Below, one piece after another: positions 18,653 through 28,061 of a stretch of 64,000 bases of DNA. The stretch lies in the NCBI GenBank assembly GCA_037444405.1, contig JBBIML010000018.1, positions 1 through 64,000 on the forward strand, read 5' to 3'. A model generated the notes under the pieces. It made no database searches. It was given only the letters and a program-made list of their open reading frames with translations, and had not been told where the DNA came from. Origin of the DNA: Armatimonadota bacterium (lineage in GTDB: Bacteria > Armatimonadota > Fimbriimonadia > Fimbriimonadales > GBS-DC). How positions within the stretch are numbered: the stretch's first letter is position 1; each line of letters starts with the position of its first letter. A program made the position numbers and the translations under genes.

Positions 18653-19450
18653 ATGCAACGCAAAGGGTTTACTTTGATAGAGCTGCTGGTCGTTATCGCG
18701 ATCATCGCCATTCTGGCGGCGATCCTGTTCCCGGTGTTTGCGCAGGCGCGCGAATCGGCGCGCAAGACCCAGTGTTTGAGCAACACGCGCCAGATTGGTC
18801 TGGGCGTGATGCAGTATGTGCAGGACTATGATGAGCTTTTCTTCCCCAGCCCCTGGCCAGGCGGTTGTGCCGAAACAGGCTACTTCACGAACAATCCGCT
18901 TCACCCGCGCCAGCACTGGGCGACAGTAATCTATCCCTATGTGAAGAACGGCGGCGTGTTCGACTGCCCCAGCTATTCTGGCACGACCTATATCGCGGCG
19001 TACGCGCTGTGGGAGTGCGGGCGCGGTGCCAACAGCCCCCGAATCGTGCCGTTTGTGGAGTACGGCATCAACGAGGTCCTTTTCGGCAACATGGACAGCA
19101 GCGGGCGACCGATTCCAACCGCGCTGGCGAAACTGCAGGAAGCTGCCAGCATCGGTATCATCGTCGACAACAACTACATCTTCAGCTGGCGTGTTTGCCT
19201 GCTGGGTCCCGCCGACCCGCAAAACTTCCGCAAGTACTGGCCGGAGGGACGCAACGGCTGGGAGTTCTATCAGGGCAATCCGCGCCATCAGCGCGGGATG
19301 AACTTCGTCTACGCCGATGGGCACTCCAAATGGGCGCGTTCAACCGACACGCCAGGCAATCGTCCTGATTACGAGAAGGGCTACTACCCTGTGTTGATGA
19401 GCGATGGCAAGTTCGCCACGCAAGCGGCGTGCGAGCAATCGCCCGATTAG
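18653..19450 (+). CDS. Prepilin-type N-methylation / DUF1559 protein
   Basis: [20 protein letters not shown] and [13 protein letters not shown]. Promoter TTGCAA-N18-TATAAC at 18602-18631. Confidence 0.92.
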   Translation: MQRKGFTLIELLVVIAIIAILAAILFPVFAQARESARKTQCLSNTRQIGLGVMQYVQDYDELFFPSPWPGGCAETGYFTNNPLHPRQHWATVIYPYVKNGGVFDCPSYSGTTYIAAYALWECGRGANSPRIVPFVEYGINEVLFGNMDSSGRPIPTALAKLQEAASIGIIVDNNYIFSWRVCLLGPADPQNFRKYWPEGRNGWEFYQGNPRHQRGMNFVYADGHSKWARSTDTPGNRPDYEKGYYPVLMSDGKFATQAACEQSPD

Positions 19451-19461
19451 GAGGTGTGGTG

Positions 19462-19665
19462 ATGAGGCAGGAGGTTCCGACCTGGCTGGCAGTGGTGATT
19501 ATTGTTGCGATTCTGGTGGTGGCGGGCTTTTTCCTCTATCGCTCCGTCACAGCGGGCGGTGTGCAGGGCACGGGTCGCCCCGGCGAAGTGCAGGCGGCTC
19601 CACCTGTGCCGGGCGGCGGCGCGCCCCCACGCCCGACCACGCCACCCTCGCCATCGGGATACTGA
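19462..19665 (+). CDS. Small single-pass membrane protein with Pro-rich tail
   Basis: AGGAGGT SD and the sequence MRQEVPTWLAVVIIVAILVVAGFFLYR. Confidence 0.7.
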   Translation: MRQEVPTWLAVVIIVAILVVAGFFLYRSVTAGGVQGTGRPGEVQAAPPVPGGGAPPRPTTPPSPSGY

Positions 19666-19673
19666 TAACCTGA

Positions 19674-19705
19674 ATCCCTCTCTCCCGCAACCGGGGGAGA
19701 GGGAT
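19674..19705. repeat. REP-like hairpin
   Basis: ATCCCTCTCTCCCG-CAAC-CGGGGGAGAGGGAT. Confidence 0.55.
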
Positions 19706-19790
19706 CTATCGAAGAATCACCGTCTCCCACAACGCTCCGGGCAGGAAATGGGCTTTTTGTTGCGAACCCCGTTAAAGGAGGCAAGATGAG

Positions 19791-20876
19791 ATGCGAACGA
19801 TGGCACTTCTGCTTGCAGGCTGTTTGCTGACGGTCGCATGGGCGGATCTTTCGTTTGGCGGTAATGCGACCCGAGGGATGGGCGGCGCTGGATTGGCGGT
19901 GCTGCGCAATCCTGCTTCCCAGGCTTATCTGAACCCCGCCGCGATTGCCTATGTGCGCGGCGTGCGACTCGGCATGGGCAACTTCGATCTGGGCGTGCAG
20001 GGCGCCAGCCTTGAGGATGTCTTCGATGCGATCGAGCTGCGCCAGGGCAGCTCCATCAATATCGAGGAGGGCGCTGAACTATTGCGCCAGTTCGCTGACG
20101 AAGACACGCGCCTGAGCCTGCTGGGCGACTTCGGGCTGATGATAAACGGCATCGGCATCTCGGTCGGCGGGGTGGTGGACGCCCGCTTTCTGCCCAACGA
20201 GCCGTTGCGCACATGGGCGCGCACCAGCGGCGACAGGGATAACATCCCCAACGATGCGCGGGGCGACATTATTGCGATGGCAGCGGTGAGCCTGCCCGAC
20301 ATCACCGGCGGGGTTCGCCTGCCGCTGCAGGGTGGCGAGCTGGCGGTCGGCGCACGGGTGCGCACCATGCGCGTGTTCTACACCCACTACTTCGCCGATG
20401 CGGATACCCTGCGCACGCGCAACGACGCCGCGCGCGCCCCTGAACTGGGCGGACGCGACTTCATCGAGCGGCGCACCACCGGTGTCGATCTGGGAATCAT
20501 CTGGAAACCCGATAGCGCCATCCCCTACACGCTCGCATTAGTGGTGGAGAACGCGATTGAACCCGACCTGCGCATCGACGCAACTGGTCGGAACGGCGCC
20601 GATGTGCGCCTGAAGCCGTTCCGACGCGCGGTTCATCTCGGTTTCGCCTCCGAGACGCGGGCAGGAACGCTGGTGGCGCTCGATGTGATCGACATCGGCA
20701 ACCGCACGGGGCGCGGCGAGCTGCGCTTCGGTGCGGAGCAACGGCTCGGACCCCTTCGAATCCTCACGGGCTACGCCTCCCGCACGGGTTGGACCGCCGG
20801 GCTGGGCCTCGGCGGCTTCAGCTTCGCCTACTCGCGCGAGTTCCCGCTCACCGTCTCGCGCACGCTGGTGTTCTGA
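19791..20876 (+). CDS. Predicted outer-membrane beta-barrel (FadL/TraF-like N-terminus)
   Basis: Signal peptide, RGMGGAG..YLNPAAI, amphipathic strands and terminal Phe. Confidence 0.6.
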   Translation: MRTMALLLAGCLLTVAWADLSFGGNATRGMGGAGLAVLRNPASQAYLNPAAIAYVRGVRLGMGNFDLGVQGASLEDVFDAIELRQGSSINIEEGAELLRQFADEDTRLSLLGDFGLMINGIGISVGGVVDARFLPNEPLRTWARTSGDRDNIPNDARGDIIAMAAVSLPDITGGVRLPLQGGELAVGARVRTMRVFYTHYFADADTLRTRNDAARAPELGGRDFIERRTTGVDLGIIWKPDSAIPYTLALVVENAIEPDLRIDATGRNGADVRLKPFRRAVHLGFASETRAGTLVALDVIDIGNRTGRGELRFGAEQRLGPLRILTGYASRTGWTAGLGLGGFSFAYSREFPLTVSRTLVF

Positions 20877-20882
20877 TTGCGC

Positions 20883-22142
20883 ATGACCTGCGAGATTATC
20901 TCGGTCGGCACGGAGCTGCTGCTGGGTCAGATAGTGGACACGAACGCCGCTTTCCTGTCGCGCGAGCTGACAGCGGTCGGCGTGCAGGTGTTCCGGCGCG
21001 TCACGGTGGGCGACAATCTGCAGCGGCTGACCGACGCGCTAACAGACGCGCTTTCGCGAGCCGATGTGGTGATTACCATCGGCGGGCTGGGACCAACCGA
21101 AGACGACCTCACGCGCGAGGCGATTGCCGCCGTGCTGAACGAACCGCTGGAGTACGACCCTGCGCTGGGCGAACAGCTCCAGCAGTTGTTTGCCGCGCGG
21201 GGGCGCACCGTAACGCCCAGCCAGCTGCGTCAGGCGCACCGACCACCCTCCGCAACGCCCCTGCCGAACCCCAACGGCACCGCGCCCGGACTGAAAATCG
21301 AGCGTAACGGCAAGCTCCTCTTCGCGCTGCCGGGACCACCCAACGAGTTCCAGCTGATGGTGCGCGAGCAGGTCATCCCGGAGCTGATGGAGCGCGCGGG
21401 CGGAGCGGTGATCCGCTCGCGCGTGCTGCGCCTGTGCGGGATTGGGGAAGCCGACGCCGAAGCGCGCGTGCTGGAGCTGGTGCGCTCCACCAATCCCACG
21501 CTGGCGCCGCTGGCACATCTGGGCGAGGTTCACCTGCGCATCACCGCCCGCGCAGCTTCCATCGCCGAAGCCAACGCGCTGATTGAAAAAATGGAACACG
21601 CCGTGCGCGAGCGACTGGGCGCCTATATCTACGGCACGGACGACACCACGCTGGAGCAGGCGGTCGTGCAACTGCTTCGCGAGCGCGGGATGAGCCTGGC
21701 GACCGCCGAATCGTGCACGGGCGGACTGCTGGGGCATCGCATCACCGAGGTGCCGGGCAGCTCCGATGTGTTTCTGGGCGGGATTGTCGCCTACAGCAAC
21801 GCCGTCAAAGAGCAGGAGCTGGGCGTGCCGCGCGCGATTCTGGAACAGTATGGTGCAGTGAGCGAGCCGACCGCCCGCGCCCTTGCCGAAGGCGTCCGCC
21901 AGAAACTGGGCAGCTACTGGGGCATCGGCATCACGGGCATCGCGGGACCCACCGGTGGCACGCCCGAAAAACCCGTCGGGCTGGTCTATGTGAGCCTGAG
22001 CGACCCGACCGCCACCCTCGTGGAGCGGCACCTGCTGCTGGGCGACCGCTCCACCATCAAGTGGCGAGCGTCGCAGGTTGCGCTGACGCTGTTGTGGCGG
22101 GGTATCCTTGAAGGCGGATGCGCCTCTTTATTGCAATCTTGA
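20883..22142 (+). CDS. cinA: CinA (molybdopterin-binding-like domain + NMN deamidase PncC)
   Basis: VGTELLLG, GGLGPTEDD, TAESCTGG and GIAGPTGG. Confidence 0.93.
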   Translation: MTCEIISVGTELLLGQIVDTNAAFLSRELTAVGVQVFRRVTVGDNLQRLTDALTDALSRADVVITIGGLGPTEDDLTREAIAAVLNEPLEYDPALGEQLQQLFAARGRTVTPSQLRQAHRPPSATPLPNPNGTAPGLKIERNGKLLFALPGPPNEFQLMVREQVIPELMERAGGAVIRSRVLRLCGIGEADAEARVLELVRSTNPTLAPLAHLGEVHLRITARAASIAEANALIEKMEHAVRERLGAYIYGTDDTTLEQAVVQLLRERGMSLATAESCTGGLLGHRITEVPGSSDVFLGGIVAYSNAVKEQELGVPRAILEQYGAVSEPTARALAEGVRQKLGSYWGIGITGIAGPTGGTPEKPVGLVYVSLSDPTATLVERHLLLGDRSTIKWRASQVALTLLWRGILEGGCASLLQS

Positions 22143-22705
22143 TACCGCCCGAAGTGAAGGCGGCGCTGGAGCGATTGCAACGCCAGCTGCGGGCACAACT
22201 GCCCGATGCCGCCCTGCGCTGGGTCACGCCCGATAACTTCCACTTCACCCTGCTCTTTCTCGGCGAGCAGCCCGAAGAGCGGCTATGCGAGATCGAGCGT
22301 GCGATGCACTCAGCGGTGCAGTCCATCGCGCCCTTTGAGGTGGCGGTTGGCGGGCTGGGCGTGTTCCCGAACTGGCAGCGCCCCGCCGTGCTGTGGGTCG
22401 GCACACAGGCAGGCGCGGAGCCGATGAGCCAGATTGCCACTTATCTGGAGCGCGCGCTGGTCGGTCGCGCCGATAAACCGTTCCACGCGCACCTGACGCT
22501 CGCCCGAATCAAGCTTCACAGGGAAAAAGTAGGGGCGAGGCATGCCTCGCCCCTACCGCTGCCGACGCGCCTGCAGACGGTGGTCGACGCACTTCAGCCC
22601 GCTCCTGTGGGGCACTTCACCGTGAAGCAGATCAGCCTGATGCAGAGCGAGCTGCACTCTTCCGGCGCCCGCTACTCCGAGCTGCGAGCCGTGCCCCTTG
22701 GATGA
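22118..22705 (+). CDS. thpR: RNA 2',3'-cyclic phosphodiesterase (2H family)
   Basis: MRLFIAI and two HxT motifs (HFTL, HLTL); follows cinA. Confidence 0.9.
   Translation: MRLFIAILIPPEVKAALERLQRQLRAQLPDAALRWVTPDNFHFTLLFLGEQPEERLCEIERAMHSAVQSIAPFEVAVGGLGVFPNWQRPAVLWVGTQAGAEPMSQIATYLERALVGRADKPFHAHLTLARIKLHREKVGARHASPLPLPTRLQTVVDALQPAPVGHFTVKQISLMQSELHSSGARYSELRAVPLG
22529..22556. repeat. GTAG-family REP palindrome inside thpR
   Basis: Perfect 28-bp palindrome GTAGGGGCGAGGCATGCCTCGCCCCTAC. Confidence 0.8.
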
Positions 22706-22713
22706 CCGCAATG

Positions 22714-22750
22714 CCCCTCGCCCCTCTGGGGAGAGGGTACGGGTGAGGGG
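22714..22750. repeat. CCCTCACCC/CCCTCTCCC-type REP
   Basis: Its reverse complement closely matches 27259-27299. Confidence 0.7.
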
Positions 22751-22770
22751 TCGGGATAAAGGAGAAATCG

Positions 22771-24306
22771 TTATCGCACCACGCGCCGCCCGTCGAAGCT
22801 GGGCGAGACCGTCCGCTGCCGACGAATATAGTCCGCTACCACATCTAACATCACCTGCTTCGTGTCGATCAGCGTGATGCCTGATGGCTTCAGGTAGCGC
22901 TCGGCAAAGTAGGAGTTGGTCGTGCCGCGATAAACGGCATCGTCGCGGATCGGCTCGCCGTTCAGCGTGGCTTCTATCAGGCGTCCGTTTTCGATGCGAT
23001 AGCGCAGGTTCGCGCTGCAGGTTGGGCGCTGACGCTCCAGTATCTGCTTGAGCGCGCGACCCGTGATCTCAAACCGCACCACCGTGTTGCCGAACGGCAT
23101 CATACGCGCTAAGTCGTAATAGGTGATGGCGCCCTTCGCCAGCTGGATGCGGATGCCATACAGATTCTGCAGGTCAAAATCGCTGTTCATCATGGCGCGC
23201 ACGGCGTCGCTGACCAGATAATATTCGGCGAGGTCATCGCCGCGTTGCACGAAGTCGTCCGCTGCGTAGCCGACCACACGCCCATAGCGCGCCGCGAGCG
23301 GCTTCCAGTAGCGGGCGACCACGCGGGCGACCTGCGGGTCTTCAGGAATGGCGCGCGTGATGGGGATCAGCTGCCCTTTGTATGCCACCACGCGCCAGCG
23401 TCCCGTGTCGGGGGCGCGATAGCAGATGAGATCGAGCCGTCCCAGCTCGCCGCCCCACTGGTGCGCCTGCACGATGAGAGTGCCGTTGAGCGCGAAAATC
23501 TCGTTTGTGCCCCACGCCACGAAGCGGGGTTCCGGCAGGCGCGTGTGTGAGTGCCCGCCCACAATCACATCGATGCCCGGCACGCGCCGCACCAGCTCCA
23601 GCTCGGTCTCTATCCCCAGGTGCGAGAGCAGAATCACCACATCTGCCTGCCGGCGCAGCTGGGGCACCAGCTGCTGGGCGACCTCGAAAGGGTCTAAAAT
23701 ATCCACGCCCTCCCGCGCGCCGCGGTAGTTCTGCGTGTCCTGCACAATCAGCCCGAACAGCGCGATTCGCAGCCCGTTGCGCTCGATAATCACAGACGGC
23801 GGCACCAGCGGCTGACCCGTGCGGCGCAGGCGGGCATTTGCGCACACGAAGGTGAACCGCGCCATGCGAATCAGCTGCTGCACCTGCGCGAGCGTGTTGC
23901 TGAACTCGTGGTTGCCCAGCGTGGCATAGTCGTAGCCGCAGGCGTTCATCGCGGCGACATCCGCCTCGCCCAAGTAGTGCAGGGAGAAGGGCGTGCCGTC
24001 CATGAAGTCGCCGCAGTCGACCACCAGTGTCTGCTCGCGGTACTGCTGGCGCAGCTGCCGGATGAGGGTGGCGCGGCGGGCGATGCCGCCAATATCGTGC
24101 TTGTATGGCAGTTGCGCCTCCTGCGAGTTCGGGTCAATCCCCTGCGGGTAGCTGAACGGCAGCAGATGCCCGTGCGTGTCGTTGGTGTGCAGAATCACGA
24201 TCCGCGCCCAGCGTTGCCCCGAATCGACGGCAAGGGTAATCTGCAGAGTTAGCCCCAGCAAGCTCGCGACGATGCCGGGCAGCCACCATCCTTTGCTTCG
24301 GCTCAT
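22771..24306 (-). CDS. Exported 5'-nucleotidase / metallophosphoesterase
   Basis: HTNDTHG, DCGD, LGNHEF, LSHLG and GGHSH, plus a C-terminal substrate domain (MPFGN). Confidence 0.9.
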   Translation of the reverse strand: MSRSKGWWLPGIVASLLGLTLQITLAVDSGQRWARIVILHTNDTHGHLLPFSYPQGIDPNSQEAQLPYKHDIGGIARRATLIRQLRQQYREQTLVVDCGDFMDGTPFSLHYLGEADVAAMNACGYDYATLGNHEFSNTLAQVQQLIRMARFTFVCANARLRRTGQPLVPPSVIIERNGLRIALFGLIVQDTQNYRGAREGVDILDPFEVAQQLVPQLRRQADVVILLSHLGIETELELVRRVPGIDVIVGGHSHTRLPEPRFVAWGTNEIFALNGTLIVQAHQWGGELGRLDLICYRAPDTGRWRVVAYKGQLIPITRAIPEDPQVARVVARYWKPLAARYGRVVGYAADDFVQRGDDLAEYYLVSDAVRAMMNSDFDLQNLYGIRIQLAKGAITYYDLARMMPFGNTVVRFEITGRALKQILERQRPTCSANLRYRIENGRLIEATLNGEPIRDDAVYRGTTNSYFAERYLKPSGITLIDTKQVMLDVVADYIRRQRTVSPSFDGRRVVR

Positions 24307-24371
24307 GGCACGAAAGTATACTCGAAGCGGGGAACCCCTGCGAGCGTTCAATCGTTCCCTCTAACCACATC

Positions 24372-24851
24372 ATGGCGGATAACAGGATAGGCAGGCGGGC
24401 GTTTCTGGAGTGGGCAATCGGGCTGTTAGGAGGCGCGATCGGTGTGGCGCTGGGCATCCCGATTGTGGGCTATCTGCTGGCGCCGTTGCGAACCCGCATG
24501 CGCCGCCGCCAGCTCATTCCGCTGATGGCGGAAGAGGACCTGCCGCTGGAGGGCGAGGTGGCGGAGGTGCTGTACACGGTGCCGATTCAGGACGGCTGGC
24601 GTCGGCGGCGCGAGGTGCGCATCGCCTATGTGGTGAACCGCGGCGAGCAGCTGCTCGTGCTGTCCAACCTCTGCACGCACACAGGCTGCGGCGTGCGCTG
24701 GGAGTCGGAGCGCCAGCGGTTCGTCTGCCCCTGCCACGGGGGCGAGTTCGACATGGAGGGGCGCGTGATGAAAGAGCCGCCGCCGCGCCCACTGCGCCGA
24801 ATCGCCCATCAGCTGCGCGACGGCGCCCTCTGGATCGAGGTCGAGGCATGA
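24372..24851 (+). CDS. Rieske 2Fe-2S subunit of a bc-type complex
   Basis: Tat motif GRRAFL followed by a TM helix; CTHTGC and CPCHGG. Confidence 0.92.
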   Translation: MADNRIGRRAFLEWAIGLLGGAIGVALGIPIVGYLLAPLRTRMRRRQLIPLMAEEDLPLEGEVAEVLYTVPIQDGWRRRREVRIAYVVNRGEQLLVLSNLCTHTGCGVRWESERQRFVCPCHGGEFDMEGRVMKEPPPRPLRRIAHQLRDGALWIEVEA

Positions 24852-26266
24852 AGGGGCAACGGTTCTGGCACTGGCTGGACGACCGCAGCGGCTACCGCGC
24901 CATCCTGCACACCCTGCTGCACGAGCCGTTGCCCCGCAAAATCGGCTGGCTGCATGTGCTGGGCAGCGGCGCACTGTTCCTGTTCCTTGTGCAGCTGATC
25001 ACGGGCATCCTGCTGGCGATGAACTATGTGCCCTCCACCGCCGAAGCCTACGACTCGGTGCAGTATATCACTCACGAGGTGCCATCTGGCAGGCTGGTGC
25101 GCGGGCTACACTACTGGGGCGCGTCGCTGATGGTGATCGTGGTGGTGCTGCACATGCTGCGCGTGTTCGTCATGGGCGCGTACAAGCGCCCGCGCGAGCT
25201 GACCTGGATGGTGGGTGTGATCCTGTTCGTGCTGACGCTCGCGTTCGCCTTCACGGGCTACCTGCTGCCGTATGACCAGAAGGCGTACTGGGCGACGCGC
25301 GTGGGCGTAAGCTTCGTTGGTTATGTGCCGTTCGTGGGCGAGCATCTGAAGCGTATCCTGTACGGGGGCGACGAGCTGGGCGCGCCGACGCTCACGCGCT
25401 TCTACGCGACCCATGTGCTGGTGCTGCCGCTGCTCATGATGACCCTGATCGGCGTTCATCTGATGCTGATGCGGCGCAAGGGCGAGATGCCGCCTGGCAC
25501 CGAAGCCGATGAGGAGGCGCAGGTGGAGAAGCCGCTCCGCTTCTACCCGCATCAGCTCTGGAAGGACATGGTGTTCGCGAGCGTGCTGCTGGGACTGCTG
25601 TTCGGGCTGACCCTGCTGTGGGGCGTGCATACGGAGCCGCCCGCCGACCCGACCAACAACCGCTACCTGCCGCGCCCGGAATGGTACTTTTTACCGCTGT
25701 TCCAGCTGGAGAAGGTGCAAATAGGCAGGCTGGTGCTGTTTGGCGGCTCGCGCGTGTGGCTGGGCACGGTGCTGATCCCCGCGCTGTTTGTGCTGCTGTT
25801 GCTCGCGCTGCCCTTTATTGAGCGCAATCCGTCTCGCCGCCCGCGTCGGCGACTGCTGACGCTGGCGAGCGCGGGCATGCTGCTCGTGCTGACGGTCTGG
25901 CTGGGCGTCGATGCGAAGATAGAGACGGACCGCGAGCGGGCGCGACTGGCGCAGCAGGCGACCGCGCCGCGCTTCAGCGGGCTGGCAGCCATCGGGCAGC
26001 GGCTGGTGATGGATCGCTGCCTGCGCTGCCATCGAATCGAGGGGCAGGGCAGCCGCAAAGCGCCCGAATTCGTGCGACTCGCGCCCAGCGAACCGCCCCA
26101 CTGGACCAAAGACCAGCTGATTTTCTATCTCATCAACCCTTCTGAAACCCATCCGGGCACGGTGATGCCCTCCGCGAAGGAGCTGGGGCTGACCTCGCTG
26201 GAGCAACTGGAAGCTGTCGCCGAATATATCCTGCACTACAAGCCCCTGCCGCGCCCGCGCCGCTGA
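24848..26266 (+). CDS. Fused cytochrome b / subunit IV / cytochrome c
   Basis: RGLHYWGAS..HMLRV, TGYLLP, RFYATH..H, RPEWYF and C-terminal CLRCH..VMP. Confidence 0.9.
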   Translation: MKGQRFWHWLDDRSGYRAILHTLLHEPLPRKIGWLHVLGSGALFLFLVQLITGILLAMNYVPSTAEAYDSVQYITHEVPSGRLVRGLHYWGASLMVIVVVLHMLRVFVMGAYKRPRELTWMVGVILFVLTLAFAFTGYLLPYDQKAYWATRVGVSFVGYVPFVGEHLKRILYGGDELGAPTLTRFYATHVLVLPLLMMTLIGVHLMLMRRKGEMPPGTEADEEAQVEKPLRFYPHQLWKDMVFASVLLGLLFGLTLLWGVHTEPPADPTNNRYLPRPEWYFLPLFQLEKVQIGRLVLFGGSRVWLGTVLIPALFVLLLLALPFIERNPSRRPRRRLLTLASAGMLLVLTVWLGVDAKIETDRERARLAQQATAPRFSGLAAIGQRLVMDRCLRCHRIEGQGSRKAPEFVRLAPSEPPHWTKDQLIFYLINPSETHPGTVMPSAKELGLTSLEQLEAVAEYILHYKPLPRPRR

Positions 26267-26462
26267 TACCCCGCAAAAATACCAGATTTCGCACCTTTCG
26301 GGGCGCCCCTCTTGACATTCGACCCCGAATTGGGGTATATAATAAGGGCGATTCGATGTCCGCTTTTGGGCGGATTTCGAGCCTTTAACAGGTGGATGAC
26401 CCTTATCCACTCCATCGGGTGGAACGGGTGCATCCTGAACTCTAAAGAGAGGAGGTACAACG

Positions 26463-27176
26463 ATGATGAGACATGGGCAACTCTGGTTGAGCAGTATCGC
26501 GATTGCGGCGCTAATCGCAGGCGCCAGCGCCCAGACCTGGGACGAGACCACAAACGGCGGCGGAGACGCCGGTGATCTACCCGGCACCGCGCAGGTGGTG
26601 CTTGGCAGTGGTCCACTGACCGCCATCACGGGCACATACGACGCCAATGATGTGGACATGTACCAGATTCTCATCTGCGACATCGTGAACTTCGACGCAC
26701 GGTTACTGTCCAGTGAGACCACCTTCGACACTCAGCTCTGGCTGTTCAAAGCCAATGGCACAGGCGTTATCCACAACGATGATGACCCCACCACTGGGCA
26801 GGGGCTTCGATCCCACATTGGTGCAGGTGCAGGCGGCGTCTTTCAGGGAAGCACACAGCTCTATCCTGACTGGGTAAGCTTCGTCACGAGCACCGGCTTG
26901 ACCAACGGGCTTTACTATATCGCCATCAGCCGCTACAACCGCGATCCCCTGAGTGGGGGCGCCACTATCTGGGCGAACACCCCATTTAGCCGCCAGCGTG
27001 TGCCTGACGGCGCCAATCCGGGCGGAGCGGTCGATAGCTGGTCTGGCACTACCAGCGCAGGAGGCGCCTACACGATTCATCTGGAGGGCGCCTGCTTTGT
27101 GCCTGAACCCGCGAGCATGCTGGCGCTGGGTGCGGGTCTGGCAGGCTTGCTGGGTCTGCGTCGGCGCAAGAAGTGA
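26463..27176 (+). CDS. PEP-CTERM surface protein
   Basis: Signal peptide, DVDMY/DTQLWLF/NDD motifs and the tail VPEPASMLALGAGLAGLLGLRRRKK. Confidence 0.9.
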   Translation: MMRHGQLWLSSIAIAALIAGASAQTWDETTNGGGDAGDLPGTAQVVLGSGPLTAITGTYDANDVDMYQILICDIVNFDARLLSSETTFDTQLWLFKANGTGVIHNDDDPTTGQGLRSHIGAGAGGVFQGSTQLYPDWVSFVTSTGLTNGLYYIAISRYNRDPLSGGATIWANTPFSRQRVPDGANPGGAVDSWSGTTSAGGAYTIHLEGACFVPEPASMLALGAGLAGLLGLRRRKK

Positions 27177-27187
27177 GGGAGTTTCTG

Positions 27188-27352
27188 CCCTCACCCCCAT
27201 GCCCCCTCTCCCGCTGCGGCGGGAGAGGGGGTTCTTATTCTGGGCTGAGCGGATTTAGCCCCCTCACCCGTACCCTCTTCCTCTGAAGGGGGAGAGGGGT
27301 TTCCTGCTGCTCCCCTCTCCCACAGCGTGGGAGAGGGGCTGGGGGTGAGGGG
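27188..27352. repeat. Cluster of three REP-like elements
   Basis: 27188-27231, 27259-27299 and 27312-27352 (inverted), each a CCCTCACCC arm plus a CCCTCT(C/T)CC-loop-GGGAGAGGG hairpin. Confidence 0.75.
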
Positions 27353-27374
27353 TGTCGCGCGGTACAATCGAGTT

Positions 27375-28061
27375 ATGCCCGCTAACGGCTGGGTGCTGGA
27401 TCTGGGGCTGATAGGCTATCGGCAGGCGTATGAGCTGCAGACGCGCCTGCACGCGGCGCGCGTCGCAGGTGAGATACCCGACACCCTGCTGCTGCTGGAG
27501 CATCCGCCCGTGATCACGCTGGGCAAAGGCGCCCGCGCCGAGCATCTGCTCTTCAGCCCGGAGTTCTACGCCCAGCGCGGGGTCGAAGTCTGCCCGACCG
27601 ACCGTGGGGGCGATGTTACCTGCCATATGCCCGGTCAGCTCGTGGGCTACCCCATCTTTGACCTGCGGGCGCACGGACGCGATCTGCATCTTTTCCTGCG
27701 CCAGCTGGAGGAGGTATTGATACGCACCCTGCACGAGTATGGCGTCGAGGCGTTGCGCTCGCCCGGCTATACGGGCGTGTGGGTGGGCAACGAGAAGATT
27801 GCCGCGATTGGCATCAAGGTTGCCCGCTGGGTCAGCATGCACGGCTTCGCGCTGAATGTGAACAACGATCTGGGGCTGTTCGGGCTGATAGTGCCGTGCG
27901 GGATTGCCGATAGGGGCGTGACATCACTGAGCCAGCTCAAACAGCATCCTGTGCCGATGGAGGAGGTCAAAGCGCGAGTGGTCCGGCAGTTTGAGGCGGT
28001 GTTTGGGCTGGCGCTGATGCCTCCAGAAACGCCTTCAGCACGGGTCTCAATTGCGGTTTGA
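27375..28061 (+). CDS. lipB: Lipoyl(octanoyl) transferase
   Basis: LLEHPPVITLG, DRGGDVTCH.PGQLVGYP, KIAAIG, HGFALN and IVPCG. Confidence 0.93.
   Translation: MPANGWVLDLGLIGYRQAYELQTRLHAARVAGEIPDTLLLLEHPPVITLGKGARAEHLLFSPEFYAQRGVEVCPTDRGGDVTCHMPGQLVGYPIFDLRAHGRDLHLFLRQLEEVLIRTLHEYGVEALRSPGYTGVWVGNEKIAAIGIKVARWVSMHGFALNVNNDLGLFGLIVPCGIADRGVTSLSQLKQHPVPMEEVKARVVRQFEAVFGLALMPPETPSARVSIAV

Noticed and set aside
27188..27352. CRISPR array
   Set aside because: The units are non-identical, in mixed orientation and lack regular spacers, and no cas genes are present; they are REP-like.
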